Below are positions 60,020 to 61,206 of a stretch of 61,206 nt of DNA, in pieces. Under the pieces are notes generated by a model that saw nothing but the letters and a program-made list of their open reading frames with translations, was not told where the DNA came from and ran no database searches. Location of the stretch: IMG/VR virus record IMGVR_UViG_3300031857_000181, positions 1 to 61,206 of that record, one strand, 5' to 3'. The number at the start of each line of letters is the position of its first letter. Positions within the stretch are counted from its first letter, which is position 1. Position numbers and translations under genes: made by a program. The stretch is from a virus (taxonomy: Duplodnaviria; Caudoviricetes).

Positions 60020-60088
60020 TGGTTATAAAGAATGAGTTCAGCAAGCTAAACAAAATTGCAACTTTGGAAAAAAAATCATTCTGAACCA
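60020..60088 (+). ncRNA. Y-RNA-like hairpin RNA 3 (candidate)
   Basis: TGGTT/AACCA; ATAA/G loop; AGAATGA/TCATTCT; then GTTCAGCAA. Confidence 0.65.
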
Positions 60089-60131
60089 AACTTTTAAATA
60101 AATTACAAATACTTATAAACAAATACAAATA

Positions 60132-60227
60132 ATGAAACGCTCGAATAAACATAATGTAATATCAATTCAACCGCAATTTAGCAATTGTTGGATTGGTACT
60201 ATCTATGGTTCGGGTATAGTAAGTTAA
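60132..60227 (+). CDS. Putative leader peptide (31 aa) upstream of the tRNA array
   Basis: MKRSNKHNVISIQPQFSNCWIGTIYGSGIVS*; contains a segment complementary to the terminator arm. Confidence 0.5.
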   Translation: MKRSNKHNVISIQPQFSNCWIGTIYGSGIVS

Positions 60228-60253
60228 TTTTACATTTTATTATTTTTCATAAT

Positions 60254-60289
60254 AAAAACCCTGAACCGAAAAAGTTCAGGGTTTTTTTT
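60254..60289 (+). terminator. Intrinsic terminator/attenuator hairpin
   Basis: AAAAACCCTGAAC/GTTCAGGGTTTTT, T8 run. Confidence 0.85.
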
Positions 60290-60318
60290 GTTCATTGACA
60301 TCGTTGGTAAAAATATAA

Positions 60319-60391
60319 TCCCCCTTGGTATAAAGGTTTATTACATCAGATTTTGATTCTGAAAATGGTGGTTCAATTCCATCAGGGGGAA
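60319..60391 (+). tRNA. tRNA-Gln(TTG)
   Basis: TCCCCCT/AGGGGGA acceptor; TCAGA-TTTTGAT-TCTGA; GGTTCAATTCC. Confidence 0.9.
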
Positions 60392-60442
60392 CAATCTAAA
60401 GTGGTAGAATTTGACCACTTTAAAAAAAAACTTACAAAGGTG

Positions 60443-60473
60443 TTTGGAAATTAAAAAACAAATTGTATCTTTG
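60443..60473 (+). promoter_or_regulatory. Bacteroidota-type promoter
   Basis: TTTG-N19-TATCTTTG. Confidence 0.7.
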
Positions 60474-60477
60474 TTGA

Positions 60478-60543
60478 AGAGTAAGGAAAGGTCGTAGGTA
60501 GCATTGTCCACAACTAGCCTTAAACGTGGTGGATACTTACTCT
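60478..60543 (+). ncRNA. Candidate small structured RNA / 5' leader
   Basis: AGAGTAAG/CTTACTCT closing stem and TCCAC/GTGGA inner stem; begins at the expected TSS. Confidence 0.4.
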
Positions 60544-60573
60544 AAATTTTTAAACAATAAAATTTAAATAACT

Positions 60574-60741
60574 ATGAAAAAATTGAACGAACTTAAAGAA
60601 ATGGGTGTTAAAGTAGTAATACTTAATGGATTCAAAGAAAGTTTGTCTTATGTAATGTCTTTATCCAAAGTAATTTATAATGGTGAGACAATCAAGAGTT
60701 ATGATGGTTATAGTGAATATCATTGTTTTGAGACTGAATAA
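60574..60741 (+). CDS. Small hypothetical protein (55 aa) within the tRNA array
   Basis: MKKLNELKEMGVKVVIL..CFETE*. Confidence 0.55.
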   Translation: MKKLNELKEMGVKVVILNGFKESLSYVMSLSKVIYNGETIKSYDGYSEYHCFETE

Positions 60742-60748
60742 TTTTTAT

Positions 60749-60824
60749 GGTGATGTTGCCAAGTTGGTCAAGGCGAACGACTGAAAATCGTTTAATATTG
60801 GTTCGATTCCAATCATCACCACCA
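60749..60824 (+). tRNA. tRNA-Phe(GAA)
   Basis: GGTGATG/CATCACC; AACGA-CTGAAAA-TCGTT; encoded CCA. Confidence 0.92.
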
Positions 60825-60832
60825 AACTATAT

Positions 60833-60906
60833 GTGGTATGTACCCCAATTGGTAGGGGACATCATTGTGAATGATGAATGTGTGGGTTCGAGTCCCATCA
60901 TACCAA
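60833..60906 (+). tRNA. tRNA-His(GTG)
   Basis: G-1, TGGTATG/CATACCA; CATCA-TTGTGAA-TGATG. Confidence 0.88.
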
Positions 60907-60916
60907 CAAACAATAT

Positions 60917-60999
60917 GGAAAGGGACCGAATGGACGAGGGCACTATCTTGAAAATAGCCGGGCTTAATCGCTTTGGGGGTTCGATTCCCCCTCTTTCCG
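60917..60999 (+). tRNA. tRNA-Ser(TGA)
   Basis: GGAAAGG/TCTTTCC, G73, long variable arm, CTAT-CTTGAAA-ATAG. Confidence 0.88.
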
Positions 61000-61009
61000 C
61001 CCTTTAAAT

Positions 61010-61081
61010 GTCTCTATGGTGAAAAGGCAATCACACTTGACTGTTAATCAAGTATTCCTGGTTCGAGTCCAGGTGGGGACG
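61010..61081 (+). tRNA. tRNA-Asn(GTT)
   Basis: CTTGA-CTGTTAA-TCAAG; GGTTCGAGTCC. Confidence 0.9.
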
Positions 61082-61089
61082 CAAACAAT

Positions 61090-61164
61090 GACCCTGTAGC
61101 TTAGTTGGTTTAAAGCACAATACTTTTAATATTGGGATCGTGGGTTCAAGTCCCACCAGGGTCA
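61090..61164 (+). tRNA. tRNA-Lys(TTT)
   Basis: GACCCTG/CAGGGTC; CAATA-CTTTTAA-TATTG. Confidence 0.9.
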
Positions 61165-61170
61165 CAAATT

Positions 61171-61206
61171 ACTCTCTTAGCTCAATGGATTAGAGTACCT
61201 AAATAC
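61171..61206 (+). tRNA. 5' half of a tRNA (possibly Arg-ACG), cut by the window end
   Basis: TAGCTCAATGGATTAGAGT D-arm; anticodon begins AC. Confidence 0.6.

Noticed and set aside
59757-60088. Hairpins as simple terminators or degenerate tRNAs
   Set aside because: Loops are too long, there is no cloverleaf or T-loop, and all three share an internal loop and GCAA motif that termination does not need.
60747-61007. 86-aa ORF in the ORF track
   Set aside because: It overlaps tRNA-Phe, His and Ser; spurious.
1-61206. Alternative genetic code (stop-codon recoding, seen in some jumbo phages)
   Set aside because: Standard-code ORFs tile the window densely; TAG, TGA and TAA all end intact genes; no suppressor tRNA seen.
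1-61206. Bacterial chromosome origin of the window (dnaK, TCS, tRNAs)
   Set aside because: Mostly short unknown ORFs, phage lysins, no housekeeping operon context (no grpE/dnaJ next to dnaK) and a heterogeneous tRNA array fit a large phage better.

Overview
A very AT-rich, gene-dense segment of a jumbo-phage-like genome. The host is most likely Bacteroidota: there are several TTTG-N18-20-TAnnTTTG promoters and a T9SS C-terminal-domain protein. No core capsid or replication genes are recognisable in the window. Main content: (1) about 40 unrelated small proteins carry one of two shared N-terminal peptides (MKIIITESQL.. or M.LQEQI.RI/IL.E). These include a tandem array of ten 20-residue-LRR genes, kinase-, ParB-, zincin- and GNAT-like domains and cell-wall enzymes, and many sit behind a TATTTAT late-promoter-like motif. 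(2) Single-gene cassettes are flanked by 33-50 bp direct repeats. (3) A probable replication origin lies near 17-19 kb. (4) A GH19 endolysin sits next to a complete GAF-PAS-PAS histidine kinase/response regulator pair and a TM-GAF protein. (5) Auxiliary genes include DnaK, FKBP, a GMPR/IMPDH-family enzyme, an AsnRS-like catalytic domain and glycosyltransferases. (6) At the right end, a Ro60/TROVE-like vWA gene (DUF2828 family) is followed by three covarying Y-RNA-like hairpins, then a leader peptide with antiterminator/terminator geometry, then a tRNA array. This last module is the most striking candidate for an undescribed system: tRNA-depletion sensing coupled to RNA quality control. All family assignments are by-eye motif recognition; no database searches were run.
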